A program made the position numbers and the translations under genes. Source: Pyrinomonadaceae bacterium (lineage in GTDB: Bacteria > Acidobacteriota > Blastocatellia > Pyrinomonadales > Pyrinomonadaceae). Taken from it: DNA of 64,000 nt. Positions 28,756 to 38,548 of the stretch are shown one piece after another. The stretch lies in the NCBI GenBank assembly GCA_046313635.1, contig JBKBYA010000009.1, positions 69,911 through 133,910 of the forward strand. The letters run 5' to 3'. The notes under the pieces were generated by a model. The model saw only the letters and a program-made list of their open reading frames with translations, did no database searches and was not told the DNA's origin. Positions within the stretch are counted from its first letter, which is position 1. Every line of letters begins with the position of its first letter.

Positions 28756-29871
28756 CTACCGCGAGATTAGCGACGAATAAAGCGATGCGAGCCGCCCGAG
28801 GTGAGCGTCGATGCTGAAATTCTCGAGCGCAAATTCACGTGCGCCGGCCGCAAGCCCCCGCCGACGCTCGTCGTTGTCGAGCAGCTCGCGGACCGCCGCG
28901 GCGAGCGACGCTTCGTCCCCGACGCGAAACACTTTTGCAAACCGCCCGCCGCCGGTCGCCTCAACGAGCGGCGCGATATCAGAGACGACGAGCGGCACGC
29001 CTGCGAGCATCGCTTCGGCGGCCGCGACGGGCAAGCCCTCCTGCAGAGACGAGAACACAAACACGTCCAGCTCGCGCAAAATGTCGGGCACGTCCCGACG
29101 CGGCCCCGTAAAGTGCACGCGGCCGGCGAGACGCCGATCCGACGAGCTCAGCTCGACGCACTCGCGATGCTTTGCTTCGGCTCCGGGCTCGACGGCGCCG
29201 ACAAAGACGCAGTGCATCTCGGGAAATTCGCCGACGATCGCCGGCAGCGCGCGGACGACCGTCGCCTGGTCCTTGCGCGGGTCGCGATAGAAGTTGCCGA
29301 TCATCCCTATCAGCGGAGCCGCGCGATCGATCCCGAGTTCGCGGCGGATCGACGAGCCGGTCGGCTCGAGCCGCGCCGGGTCGACGGCCGTGTGAATGAT
29401 CTCGGATCGGCCGGCGAGATCGATACCGGAATATTCCGCGAGCCAATCGCGCAGCGAGGCGCTGACGACGACGTTCGCGTCCATTCGCGGGATCAAGTAT
29501 TTCAATGCAAGTTTGTTTTTGAGATCGGGCACAAAGCCGTGAAAGGTCAGCACGCGGCGCACGCTCGGCATGCCCCGCGTCGCGAGATAAAGGTGCAGGC
29601 CGTCGACGGCCTGGTGCCCGTGAACGATCTCGATCTCGCGCTCGCGCACGATCTCGCGAAGCCGGCGGACGAGCTGCAGGTCGACCGGCCGACGACGCTC
29701 GAGTTGAATGAAATCGACACCCGAAGCCGCAAATTCGTCCGTCAGCGCTCCGCGGCTGCCCGCGACGATCGTCACGTCGACGCCGAACCGCCGCGCGTTT
29801 CGGCAGACGTCGAGAGCGAGCACTTCGGCGCCGCCGCGGCCGACGCTGTCGAGGTAGTGCAGCACCCTCAT
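28756..29871 (-). CDS. Glycosyltransferase family 4
   Basis: GGAE, DVFVFSSLQEGLPVAAAEAMLAG. Confidence 0.93.
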   Translation of the reverse strand: MRVLHYLDSVGRGGAEVLALDVCRNARRFGVDVTIVAGSRGALTDEFAASGVDFIQLERRRPVDLQLVRRLREIVREREIEIVHGHQAVDGLHLYLATRGMPSVRRVLTFHGFVPDLKNKLALKYLIPRMDANVVVSASLRDWLAEYSGIDLAGRSEIIHTAVDPARLEPTGSSIRRELGIDRAAPLIGMIGNFYRDPRKDQATVVRALPAIVGEFPEMHCVFVGAVEPGAEAKHRECVELSSSDRRLAGRVHFTGPRRDVPDILRELDVFVFSSLQEGLPVAAAEAMLAGVPLVVSDIAPLVEATGGGRFAKVFRVGDEASLAAAVRELLDNDERRRGLAAGAREFALENFSIDAHLGRLASLYSSLISR

Positions 29872-29940
29872 CGGCCGTCATCCGCACCGAATATGACTTT
29901 CGGCGGTAAATATGGTTTCATTCTCTATTGATTGCGAGCT

Positions 29941-30912
29941 ATGTCAGCGGCAAGCCGGATCGACAGCGACGTCTTCGCATTTGTCCCCTCGTACAACCAC
30001 GCACCCTTCGTCGAAAAGTGTTTGCGGTCGATTATAGATCAATCACAGCGGCCCAAAAAGCTGCTCGTGATCGACGACGGATCGCGTGACGGGTCACCGT
30101 CGATCATCGAAAGAGTGCTCGCGGATTGCCCTTTCGAATGCGAGCTGATCGTGCGTGAGAATCGCGGTCTGAGCGCGACGCTCAATCAGGCTTTCGAGCT
30201 CGCGGACGGCTGCCGCTACTTCGCATATCTTGGGTCCGACGACCTGTGGCTGCGCGACTTTTTACGGGCGAGGACCGAGCTGCTCGACAGCCGACCCGAA
30301 GCGGTGCTCGCATACGGCCACGCGTACCTGATCGATGAGTCGGACCGCGTCGTCGACTGCACGCGCGAATGGTCGCGATATCTCGACGGCGACCCGCTCG
30401 CGGGTCTCCTTGAGGGTGTCGTGCCCGTTACTTCGGGTGTAGTGTTTCGCCGCTCGGCGCTCGACGGCCTGCGTTGGAACGAGGCCGCGCTGCTCGAGGA
30501 CTACGAGATGTATCTCAGGCTCGCCGCCCGCGGGCCTTTTGCGGCCGCCGACGACACGCTGGCCTGCTGGCGAAAGCACTCGTACAACACGAGCAGCGAA
30601 TTTGGCAGAATGTTTGACGAGTGGATCGCGGCGCAGGAGCGCGTCGCCGCCGAGATCGGACTGTCGCAGGCCGAGCTCGGCGCCGCAAAAGGCCGCTTGA
30701 GCTTTTTGGCCGCGACCATGTTTTTGCGAGACGGCGACAAGACTCGGGCGTTTGCTTCGCTGAAGCGCGGTTGGCGCTCGGCACGTTCCGCAGGCGAGAT
30801 GCTCGACGTTGCGGCAAGATTCTTCGTACCGTCCGCGCTGCTGCGTCGACTGCAGACCAGACGATACGAGCGGCGAAGCAGCAAATATCAAAAGATCGCC
30901 GCAGGGACCTGA
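29941..30912 (+). CDS. Glycosyltransferase family 2
   Basis: VPSYNH, IDDGSRD, NRGL, LGSDD, EDY. Confidence 0.92.
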   Translation: MSAASRIDSDVFAFVPSYNHAPFVEKCLRSIIDQSQRPKKLLVIDDGSRDGSPSIIERVLADCPFECELIVRENRGLSATLNQAFELADGCRYFAYLGSDDLWLRDFLRARTELLDSRPEAVLAYGHAYLIDESDRVVDCTREWSRYLDGDPLAGLLEGVVPVTSGVVFRRSALDGLRWNEAALLEDYEMYLRLAARGPFAAADDTLACWRKHSYNTSSEFGRMFDEWIAAQERVAAEIGLSQAELGAAKGRLSFLAATMFLRDGDKTRAFASLKRGWRSARSAGEMLDVAARFFVPSALLRRLQTRRYERRSSKYQKIAAGT

Positions 30913-30915
30913 TCG

Positions 30916-31737
30916 ATGACGCAGCAGACCAACGCACAGATCAGGGAGCATTACGAGATCGAGAGGTCGATCGCCGATCGACTTCGCAATTCGTCCGCAG
31001 CCGAACGCCGCGAACTCTACCGCACGGCGTACGACGATCTGTTTCGACGCGTGCCGCATCATCCGATGATGGTCGAGCGTTCCGACAGCGAGCGGCGCGC
31101 ACGCACCGCCAAAGAAGTCTCGGCACTGCGGCCGCTCGTTGACGACGGCACGGTCTATCTCGAGATCGGGCCCGGCGACTGCTCGACGGCGGTCGCGATG
31201 GCCGGGCTCGTAAAAAAGGTTTACGCGGCGGACGTCTCCGCGGAGATCGCGTCGCAGTTCACGCCGCCGGAGAATTTTGAGCTGCTGCTTTTTGACGGGC
31301 TGTCGATCCCGCTGCCCGGGGAGTCGGTCGATGTGGCGTACAGCAACCAGTTGATGGAACACCTTCATCCCGAAGATTCGCTCGTGCAGCTCGAGAGCAT
31401 CTATCGCGTGCTGCGGCCCGGCGGCGTCTATTACTGCGTCACGCCAAATCGGCTGAGCGGACCGCACGACGTCTCGCGCGGCTTTGATCCGGTCGCGACA
31501 TGTCTGCATCTGAAGGAGTTCACCGTCGGCGAGCTGGAACGCATCTTTGCCGACGCGGGCTTTCGACGAATGCAGGTCTATCTCACATACGCCGGCCGCG
31601 GCTTGAAGCTGCCGGTCTGGCCGTTCAAAGCTCTCGAGTCGCTGATAGCTCCGCTGCCGCATCGTGTACGACGCTGGCTGACATTCAACCGGATCGCGAA
31701 ATTCATCCTCGGAATAAAATTGATCGCAACCAAATGA
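30916..31737 (+). CDS. Class I SAM-dependent methyltransferase
   Basis: LEIGPGD, MEHL, RVLRPGG, TPN. Confidence 0.9.
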   Translation: MTQQTNAQIREHYEIERSIADRLRNSSAAERRELYRTAYDDLFRRVPHHPMMVERSDSERRARTAKEVSALRPLVDDGTVYLEIGPGDCSTAVAMAGLVKKVYAADVSAEIASQFTPPENFELLLFDGLSIPLPGESVDVAYSNQLMEHLHPEDSLVQLESIYRVLRPGGVYYCVTPNRLSGPHDVSRGFDPVATCLHLKEFTVGELERIFADAGFRRMQVYLTYAGRGLKLPVWPFKALESLIAPLPHRVRRWLTFNRIAKFILGIKLIATK

Positions 31738-32567
31738 GCCGCGCCGCCAGCCAGCACATCACCGTCATCAAGCCGAGCCGCGGATTTGCGAGCCTCGACC
31801 TCTACGGCCTTTGGACGCATCGCGAGCTGCTCTACTTCCTGACCTGGCGCGACGTGCGGATCCGCTACAAGCAGACGGCGATCGGCATCGCGTGGGCGCT
31901 GCTGCAGCCGATATTGACGACGCTGATCTTTACAGCGATCTTCAGCACATTTGCGCGGTTCGACACGGGCGGCGTTCCGTATCCGCTGTTTGCGCTGAGC
32001 GGGCTGATGCTGTGGCTGTACGTTCACTCGTCTGTGACGCTCGCGGCGGGCAGCTTTGTCAGCAACGCGAATCTCGTCACAAAGGTCTATTTCCCGCGCA
32101 TCATCGTGCCGCTCGCGGCGGTGATCTCGGGACTGTTCGATCTCGTCTTCAGCGCGCTTGTCTTTGTCGTGCTGATGATCTGGTACGGCGTCGTTCCCAG
32201 CGCTGGCTCGCTGCTCGCGATCGCATTTGTCGCGGCGGCCCTGCTGCTCGCGGCGTCGCTCGGGCTGCTTTTCTCGGCGCTGAACGTTAAGTTTCGCGAC
32301 GTAAAATTTGCGCTGCCTTTCCTGCTGCAGGTCTGGATGATCGCGTCGCCGATCTTTTACCCGGCGTCGATGATCTCGCCGCGCTGGCGGCTTGCGTTCG
32401 CGGTCAATCCGCTGACGGGAATTCTCGAGGGCTTTCGCTCGGCGATCTTCGGGCTGCCTTTCGAGTGGCCTCTGATCGCGGTCTCGCTCGCGTCGCTCGC
32501 GGTCATCGCGGGCGTGGCCCTCGCGGTCTTTCGCTGGATGGAGGACGATTTTGCCGACATCGTGTAA
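31734..32567 (+). CDS. wzm: Polysaccharide ABC transporter permease (Wzm)
   Basis: RDVRIRYKQT.IG.AWALLQP, KVYFPR, SPIFYP, NPL, FADIV. Confidence 0.92.
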   Translation: MSRAASQHITVIKPSRGFASLDLYGLWTHRELLYFLTWRDVRIRYKQTAIGIAWALLQPILTTLIFTAIFSTFARFDTGGVPYPLFALSGLMLWLYVHSSVTLAAGSFVSNANLVTKVYFPRIIVPLAAVISGLFDLVFSALVFVVLMIWYGVVPSAGSLLAIAFVAAALLLAASLGLLFSALNVKFRDVKFALPFLLQVWMIASPIFYPASMISPRWRLAFAVNPLTGILEGFRSAIFGLPFEWPLIAVSLASLAVIAGVALAVFRWMEDDFADIV

Positions 32568-32573
32568 CGCCGG

Positions 32574-33815
32574 ATGAGAACGATCAGGGCCGAAAACATC
32601 TCAAAGCTCTACCGCCTCGGCGAACGCGCGCCCAATTCGCTGCGCGACTTTTTGACCGGCATCGTGCGGCGGCGCGGCGGCGGGCGAAGATCGAAGCTGT
32701 GGGCGCTGCGCGATATCAACTTTGAAGTGAGCGAGGGCGAGACGCTCGGCATCATCGGCCGCAACGGCGCGGGCAAATCGACGCTGCTCAAGATACTCTC
32801 GCGTATCACCAAGCCGACCACCGGCCGCGCCGAGATCCGCGGGCGCGTCGGCAGCCTGCTCGAGGTCGGGACGGGATTTCATGGCGAGCTCTCGGGCCGC
32901 GAAAACATCTTTCTTAACGGAGCGATCCTCGGGATGAAGCGCGCAGAGATCGAGCGAAAATTCGACGAGATCGTCGCATTCTCGGAGGTCGAGGAGTTTC
33001 TCGACACGCCCGTCAAGCACTATTCGAGCGGGATGTATATGCGGCTCGCCTTCGCCGTCGCGGCGCATCTCGAGCCCGAGGTTTTGATCGTTGACGAGGT
33101 GCTTGCGGTCGGCGACATCGCGTTTCAGCGAAAGTGCCTGAGCAAGATCCGCGAGGTCGGTCACTCGGGCCGCACGGTGTTGTTTGTCACTCACGATATG
33201 TCGGCGGTAGCGCGCATCTGTGACCGGACGATCATTCTCGAAGGCGGCCGCATCGTCGCCGACGGGCCGCCGATGGAGTCGATACAAAAATTCGTCTCAG
33301 GCACGCTCGGCCAGCGAGCCGAGCGCGTTTACGATACCGAGGGCTGGCGGCCCGAGAGCGACGTCGTGCGTCTGCTCGGCGTCCGCGTCGTCGACCGCGA
33401 CGGCAAGACGTGCGGCAGCTTCGACATTCGACACGACATCGGCATCGAGGCGACGTACGAGGTGCTCGTGCCGGGCCATATCCTGATCCCGAATTTCCAG
33501 GTCTACGATCAGCAGCGCGTCCACGTCTTTACGGTGCAGGACGTGATCGGCGACGGCGCCCGCGTGCCGAAGGACGCGGGCATTTACACGAGCACGGCGT
33601 GGATACCGGGCAATTTCATGGCCGAGGGCAACTTTGTCGTCAACGCGGCGGTCGTCACGTACCTGCCGCATATGAACGTCCACTTTAACGCCCAGGACGC
33701 GGTGACATTCGACATCTTTGACCCGATGACCGGCGACACCGCGCGCGGCGATTACGCCGGCACGATGGAGGGTGTCGTGCGGCCGGTGCTCGAGTGGCAC
33801 ACCGAGCGTCGCTGA
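32574..33815 (+). CDS. wzt: Polysaccharide ABC transporter ATPase (Wzt) with C-terminal domain
   Basis: GRNGAGKST, YSSGMYMRLAF, VDEVLAVGD, long C-terminal extension. Confidence 0.93.
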   Translation: MRTIRAENISKLYRLGERAPNSLRDFLTGIVRRRGGGRRSKLWALRDINFEVSEGETLGIIGRNGAGKSTLLKILSRITKPTTGRAEIRGRVGSLLEVGTGFHGELSGRENIFLNGAILGMKRAEIERKFDEIVAFSEVEEFLDTPVKHYSSGMYMRLAFAVAAHLEPEVLIVDEVLAVGDIAFQRKCLSKIREVGHSGRTVLFVTHDMSAVARICDRTIILEGGRIVADGPPMESIQKFVSGTLGQRAERVYDTEGWRPESDVVRLLGVRVVDRDGKTCGSFDIRHDIGIEATYEVLVPGHILIPNFQVYDQQRVHVFTVQDVIGDGARVPKDAGIYTSTAWIPGNFMAEGNFVVNAAVVTYLPHMNVHFNAQDAVTFDIFDPMTGDTARGDYAGTMEGVVRPVLEWHTERR

Positions 33816-33833
33816 ACTTTGCATTACAAACGT

Positions 33834-34697
33834 ATGCCGCAGCCGCCATTCAACCCGCTCGATCATCCGGTCGCTCTTGAGCGCCCGCTTTGGCTTGCGC
33901 TCTCGGCGTGGGCCGAGCATCTACCCTTCGCGATGTTTCTGGTGAGCGCGGCGCGTCCAAGGGCGATCGTCGAGCTGGGCACGTATCACGGCACTTCGTA
34001 CTGCGGATTCTGCCAGGCGGTCGAGAGTCTCGGTCTCGACACGCGCTGCTACGCGGTCGACACGTGGGAAGGCGACGCTCACGCGGGAGCGATCGAGAGT
34101 TCGGTGCTCGGCCGTCTGCGGGAGCATCACGATCCGCTGTACGGCGGATTTTCGACGCTGATGCAGATGACGTTTGACGAGGCTCGCGAGAGGTTTGACG
34201 ACGGCTCGATCGATCTGCTGCACATCGACGGCTTTCACTCGTACGAGGCGGTCAGTCACGACTTTGAGACGTGGCTGCCAAAGATGTCGCGGCGCGGCAT
34301 CGTGCTGTTTCACGACACAGACGTGCGGCACGAAGGGTTTGGCGTCTGGAAATTCTGGGCAGAGGTCGCGGAGCGCTACCCGTCGTTTGAGTTCAGGCAC
34401 GGCTTCGGTCTCGGCGTGCTCGCCGTCGGAAGCGAGATACCCGAAGCGGCGCGATTCCTTTTTGACGCGGACGACGCGGCGACAGAGATCATCCGCGGCT
34501 ATTTTGAGTCGGCCGGCGCCGGCACCGAGGCGCAGCGCAAGGTCGTCGAGCAGGCCGAGCGGATCGAGCTGCTCGAAACTTACGAAAAGGTCATTCGCGA
34601 TTCGCTCGCCCTCAGCACGTATCGCGTGCTAAAGCTCGAGGGCGTCGCCGGTCTCAAGCGCCGTATCGACGAGCGACGTTCAGGCCGTCAAAAATAG
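33834..34697 (+). CDS. Class I SAM methyltransferase (Methyltransf_24-like) with helical tail
   Basis: VELGTYHGTS, VDTW, LLHIDGFHSY, FHD. Confidence 0.88.
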   Translation: MPQPPFNPLDHPVALERPLWLALSAWAEHLPFAMFLVSAARPRAIVELGTYHGTSYCGFCQAVESLGLDTRCYAVDTWEGDAHAGAIESSVLGRLREHHDPLYGGFSTLMQMTFDEARERFDDGSIDLLHIDGFHSYEAVSHDFETWLPKMSRRGIVLFHDTDVRHEGFGVWKFWAEVAERYPSFEFRHGFGLGVLAVGSEIPEAARFLFDADDAATEIIRGYFESAGAGTEAQRKVVEQAERIELLETYEKVIRDSLALSTYRVLKLEGVAGLKRRIDERRSGRQK

Positions 34698-34699
34698 CG

Positions 34700-36424
34700 A
34701 TGGCATCTGGCGCAGATCGATCGACCGGACAGATTCGACGCAAGTTGTCGCGTGTCGTCGAGCTCTGGCGCGAGGGCGGAGCCGCCTCGATCGCTTTGCA
34801 CGCTCGCTGGGCCCTTCATCGCGCCGCCGAGCAGCGACGCTACGAAGAGTGGATGCGGCGCTCGGACGAGGCCGCACGCAGTAATGCTGAACGCTGCCAA
34901 GAGCTTGCGGCCGGCGGCCCGCTGCTCTCCGTAATTCTTCCCGTCTATAACATCGACGAGCGGTATCTGCGACGTTGCATCGACTCGGTCATTGCGCAAA
35001 CCTATCCGCGTTGGGAGCTGTGCATCGCCGACGATCGCTCGACCGACTCGCGTGTGCGGGCCGTGCTCGAGGAATTTCTCGCCCGCGGCGATGAGCGGAT
35101 AAAGGTCATATTTCGCGAGGAGAACGGTCATATCTCGGCCGCGTCGAATTCTGCGCTCGAGCTCGCGACCGGCGAATTCTGCGTTCTCCTCGATCACGAC
35201 GACGAGCTTTCGCCTGACGCGCTCTGCCGCGTCGCCGACGAGGTCCGCCGCCACCCGGACGCGAAGATGATCTACAGTGACGAGGACCTGATCGACGAGC
35301 ACGGGCGGCGCTCGCAGCCGAAATTCAAGCCCGACCTCAGCCGCGACCTGATGCTCTCGCTCAATCTCGTCACGCATCTCTCGGCGTACGAGACGAGTCT
35401 GCTGCGCGAGATCGGCGGCTTCAGGATCGGGTTTGAGGGCAGTCAGGATTACGACCTCGCGTTGCGCGTCGTCGAGCGCATATCGGACGATCAGGTCCGT
35501 CACATCCCGCGCGTGCTCTATCACTGGCGGGCGATCGAGGGCTCGGTCGCCCTCAGCTCCGACGAGAAGCCGTACGCTCACGAGCGCGCGCGTGACGCGA
35601 TCCGCGAGCATCTCGAGCGCACAGGCGCGTCGGCCGATGTCGAGCAGACGCACTTTAACCTGCATCGCGTCAGGTACCGTTTGCCCGAGCCGCGTCCGGC
35701 GATCGAGGTGTATGTATTTGGTCCGAACGCGCGCGAGGCGGCAGATCGGATTGGCTCCGCGACGGAATATTCGAATGCAGCGTTTCATCCGGTCGTGATC
35801 GCGGGTTCGAGCGTCGCTGCCGAACTTGACCGCGCCGCCGTCGAGATCGGCTCGGCAGAATTGATCTGCTTCGTTAACGCCGCGCTCGAGCCGCTCGCGG
35901 CCGACTGGCTCGAAGAATTGGCCCGATTTGCCGTGCAGCCGCAGATCGGCGCGGCCGGTGCGAAGCTGCTCGACCGGTCTGACCGTGTCGTTGACGGCCC
36001 GCTCGTGATCGGCGCGGGCCGTGCCGTCGCGGTCGCTCATCGCGGACTCGGCCGCGAGATGCGCGGGAATATGGTCCGCAATATGGTCGCCGGGAATTTC
36101 TCGGCCGTATCGGCGAATTGCATGATGACGAGACGAGAGCTTTTTAGATCGGCCGGCGGATTTGATCGAGAGGCGTTTGGCGAGAGTTTGTTCGACGCGG
36201 ATTACTGTCTGCGGCTCAGAGAAGAGAAGGGATGTCGGATCGTTTTCGATCCGTACGCCGAGATGCGTTCGCGAGTTGCGTTGCTGCGACGGCGAGCGTC
36301 GGCTGCCGAGATCGCTGCGTTTGAAAGGCGTTGGGCAAACTGCATCACGCACGACCCGTTCTACAATCCGAATCTTTCGCGGCGCGACGCGTCCTTCTCG
36401 ATCGATCCGCGATCAGCGAGCTAA
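34700..36424 (+). CDS. Glycosyltransferase family 2 with two GT-A domains, the second degenerate
   Basis: SVILPVYN, QTYPRWELCIADD, LDHDDEL, GSQDYDL, DPFYNPNL. Confidence 0.9.
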   Translation: MASGADRSTGQIRRKLSRVVELWREGGAASIALHARWALHRAAEQRRYEEWMRRSDEAARSNAERCQELAAGGPLLSVILPVYNIDERYLRRCIDSVIAQTYPRWELCIADDRSTDSRVRAVLEEFLARGDERIKVIFREENGHISAASNSALELATGEFCVLLDHDDELSPDALCRVADEVRRHPDAKMIYSDEDLIDEHGRRSQPKFKPDLSRDLMLSLNLVTHLSAYETSLLREIGGFRIGFEGSQDYDLALRVVERISDDQVRHIPRVLYHWRAIEGSVALSSDEKPYAHERARDAIREHLERTGASADVEQTHFNLHRVRYRLPEPRPAIEVYVFGPNAREAADRIGSATEYSNAAFHPVVIAGSSVAAELDRAAVEIGSAELICFVNAALEPLAADWLEELARFAVQPQIGAAGAKLLDRSDRVVDGPLVIGAGRAVAVAHRGLGREMRGNMVRNMVAGNFSAVSANCMMTRRELFRSAGGFDREAFGESLFDADYCLRLREEKGCRIVFDPYAEMRSRVALLRRRASAAEIAAFERRWANCITHDPFYNPNLSRRDASFSIDPRSAS

Positions 36425-37794
36425 GGCTGGTTGATGTTCTTGAGTCCAAAGACGACGAACGAATACGCCGACAGCACAAACATCGCCGCGAGCAGTGCGT
36501 TCACGATCCGACCATCGAATCGACTCCTCTCGGCCGCGATCGTCACCGCTGCCATCGGAACGATCGGGAAAAGATATCGGCCCTGCGGCTGGAAGGCGTA
36601 ATTCCAAGACAAGTAGAACGAACCCGCGATCGCGACGAACGCGCAGGCGGCGAACAAGACCATTCGCGCGACGCTTCCACGATCGCGTCCCCTGATCAGT
36701 TTCACCGCGAGATAAATTCCCATCGCCGTATACAGCAGCGCCATCACCGCGTAATACCAGCCTCGGCCCCAGATCGTCAGGTAGCCGTAAACACCGACAA
36801 AGCTGCAGAAGGAGTAAACGTGAAAGCGCCACACCGTGAACATCTGCCACGCCGTGACGCCTTTGGCGCGCAGCTTCACTTCGGCTCGGCTGCCGGCGAG
36901 ATCGTGCTCGAGCGTCGAGGGTTTGAAGGGATACTCGGCGATCTCGTCCTGGTAGCGCATCAGTTTGGTCTGCTGCGTCTCAAAGCCGCCGAGAAAATAG
37001 CTGACGTACGAGGCTCCTGCAAAGTTGGTCTCGCCGTTGACGTAGAGATCGAGGCCGACGCGAAAGGCGACGACCGACGCGGCGATCACGGCGACCGCCG
37101 CAAGCTTCTTTACGACGCGTGCGTTGAGCGGACGGGCTTCGATCATCATCCATCCGGCCGCAAACAGAAGGAACGTCCAATAGTTGGGCTTGCAGACCGC
37201 GAGCAGCCCGGTGAGCACGCCGAAAACCGCGCCGTAAACAAGTCTGTCTTCACGAATGTATTTTTCGACCACACCGCCGCCCGCGATCAGCAGGTAAGCG
37301 AGCAGCGTCGCGACGGTGAGCGCAAAGGCGTCGTTGTTGCTGTAGCTGAAGACGTACCAGATCTGCGGCGAGACGACGAGCATGCACGGAGCCATCGCGG
37401 CTTCACTGCCGCGCCTGATCGCAAAGATGCCGAGTGCTGCGAGGGCCGCGAGAAGAGAGATATTCGCAAACCGCGCCGCGAGCCGCGCGTCGCCGACGAG
37501 CGGTGCCGTGAGACCGGCGAATTTGCCGGCGTAGAAATACTCGGCCCAGTGATAGTTCAGATACGAGACGCCCCAGACCGAGTACGACTCGCGCACCTTG
37601 GGGTCACCGATCACCGGCGGTACAAAGTGTTCGCGGTAGTAGAGCGCGGCAGAGAGATGATGGGCCTCGTCCGGATGCGCGTCGGATCGGCTCGACAGCG
37701 CCATCGCGAGCGACAGCGCGGCGGCGAGCACCAGACACAGGCCGATAATGGGATGCGGGATCGAAGCGTTGTTGAATTGCAGCCTGAAGGACAT
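36421..37794 (-). CDS. Polytopic GT-C-like membrane protein (DUF2142-like)
   Basis: PDEAHH after TM1, NND, QPQGRYLFP. Confidence 0.7.
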   Translation of the reverse strand: MSFRLQFNNASIPHPIIGLCLVLAAALSLAMALSSRSDAHPDEAHHLSAALYYREHFVPPVIGDPKVRESYSVWGVSYLNYHWAEYFYAGKFAGLTAPLVGDARLAARFANISLLAALAALGIFAIRRGSEAAMAPCMLVVSPQIWYVFSYSNNDAFALTVATLLAYLLIAGGGVVEKYIREDRLVYGAVFGVLTGLLAVCKPNYWTFLLFAAGWMMIEARPLNARVVKKLAAVAVIAASVVAFRVGLDLYVNGETNFAGASYVSYFLGGFETQQTKLMRYQDEIAEYPFKPSTLEHDLAGSRAEVKLRAKGVTAWQMFTVWRFHVYSFCSFVGVYGYLTIWGRGWYYAVMALLYTAMGIYLAVKLIRGRDRGSVARMVLFAACAFVAIAGSFYLSWNYAFQPQGRYLFPIVPMAAVTIAAERSRFDGRIVNALLAAMFVLSAYSFVVFGLKNINQP

Positions 37795-37806
37795 CTCGCG
37801 GCCGGC

Positions 37807-38514
37807 TCAGACGCGGCGGCCGATCGCAAAGACCTTGATCAGCGCGACGCCGGCGACAAAGCCGCCGATGTGAGCCATATAGGCGACGCCGCCCGTTCCC
37901 GGCGGTGTCATATAACCGAGGATCAGCTGGTAGACGATCCAGATGCCGATCGCGACAAACGCTGGCACGGTCGTCAAAAAATTGAAGATGATCGCCCGCA
38001 CCTGCCGCTGCGGAAACAGCAGAACGTAACCGCCGAGCACGCCCGAGATCGCGCCCGACGCGCCGAGCATCGGGATGATCGAGTCTGAGTCGACGACGAT
38101 CTGCGCGATCGCCGCGCCAAAGCCGCAAATGACATAGAACGCCGCATAGCGAACGTGCCCGAGCAGATTCTCCAGATTGTCGCCAAAGATCCAGAGGAAC
38201 AGCATATTGCCGAAGATATGCGCGATGCTGCCGTGCATGAACATCGACGAGAGGAAATTGAAATAGACCGGCAAAGGCGTCGCGTAGTGCTCGACCCGGC
38301 CGACGTTTCCCAGCGAATCGCGCACGACCTGCGAGCCCGCGAGATCGATGCCCTGCGTGATCTCGCGCGGCACGAGCGAGTACGCATAACTGAAAGCGTC
38401 GTCGCCGCCGAGGCCCTGCAAAAAGACAAAGACCAGTATGTTGATGCCGATGAAAACGTAGTTGACCACCGGCGTGATCGTCCTGTCCGAATTGTCGTCG
38501 CCGATCGGAAACAT
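37807..38514 (-). CDS. Rhomboid intramembrane serine protease
   Basis: MFPIGDD, HIFGNMLFLWIFGDNLE, GASGA, AHIGG. Confidence 0.95.
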   Translation of the reverse strand: MFPIGDDNSDRTITPVVNYVFIGINILVFVFLQGLGGDDAFSYAYSLVPREITQGIDLAGSQVVRDSLGNVGRVEHYATPLPVYFNFLSSMFMHGSIAHIFGNMLFLWIFGDNLENLLGHVRYAAFYVICGFGAAIAQIVVDSDSIIPMLGASGAISGVLGGYVLLFPQRQVRAIIFNFLTTVPAFVAIGIWIVYQLILGYMTPPGTGGVAYMAHIGGFVAGVALIKVFAIGRRV

Positions 38515-38548
38515 CTGCCGTATCCCTCCCTGCCGTGGATCGCCGCGC

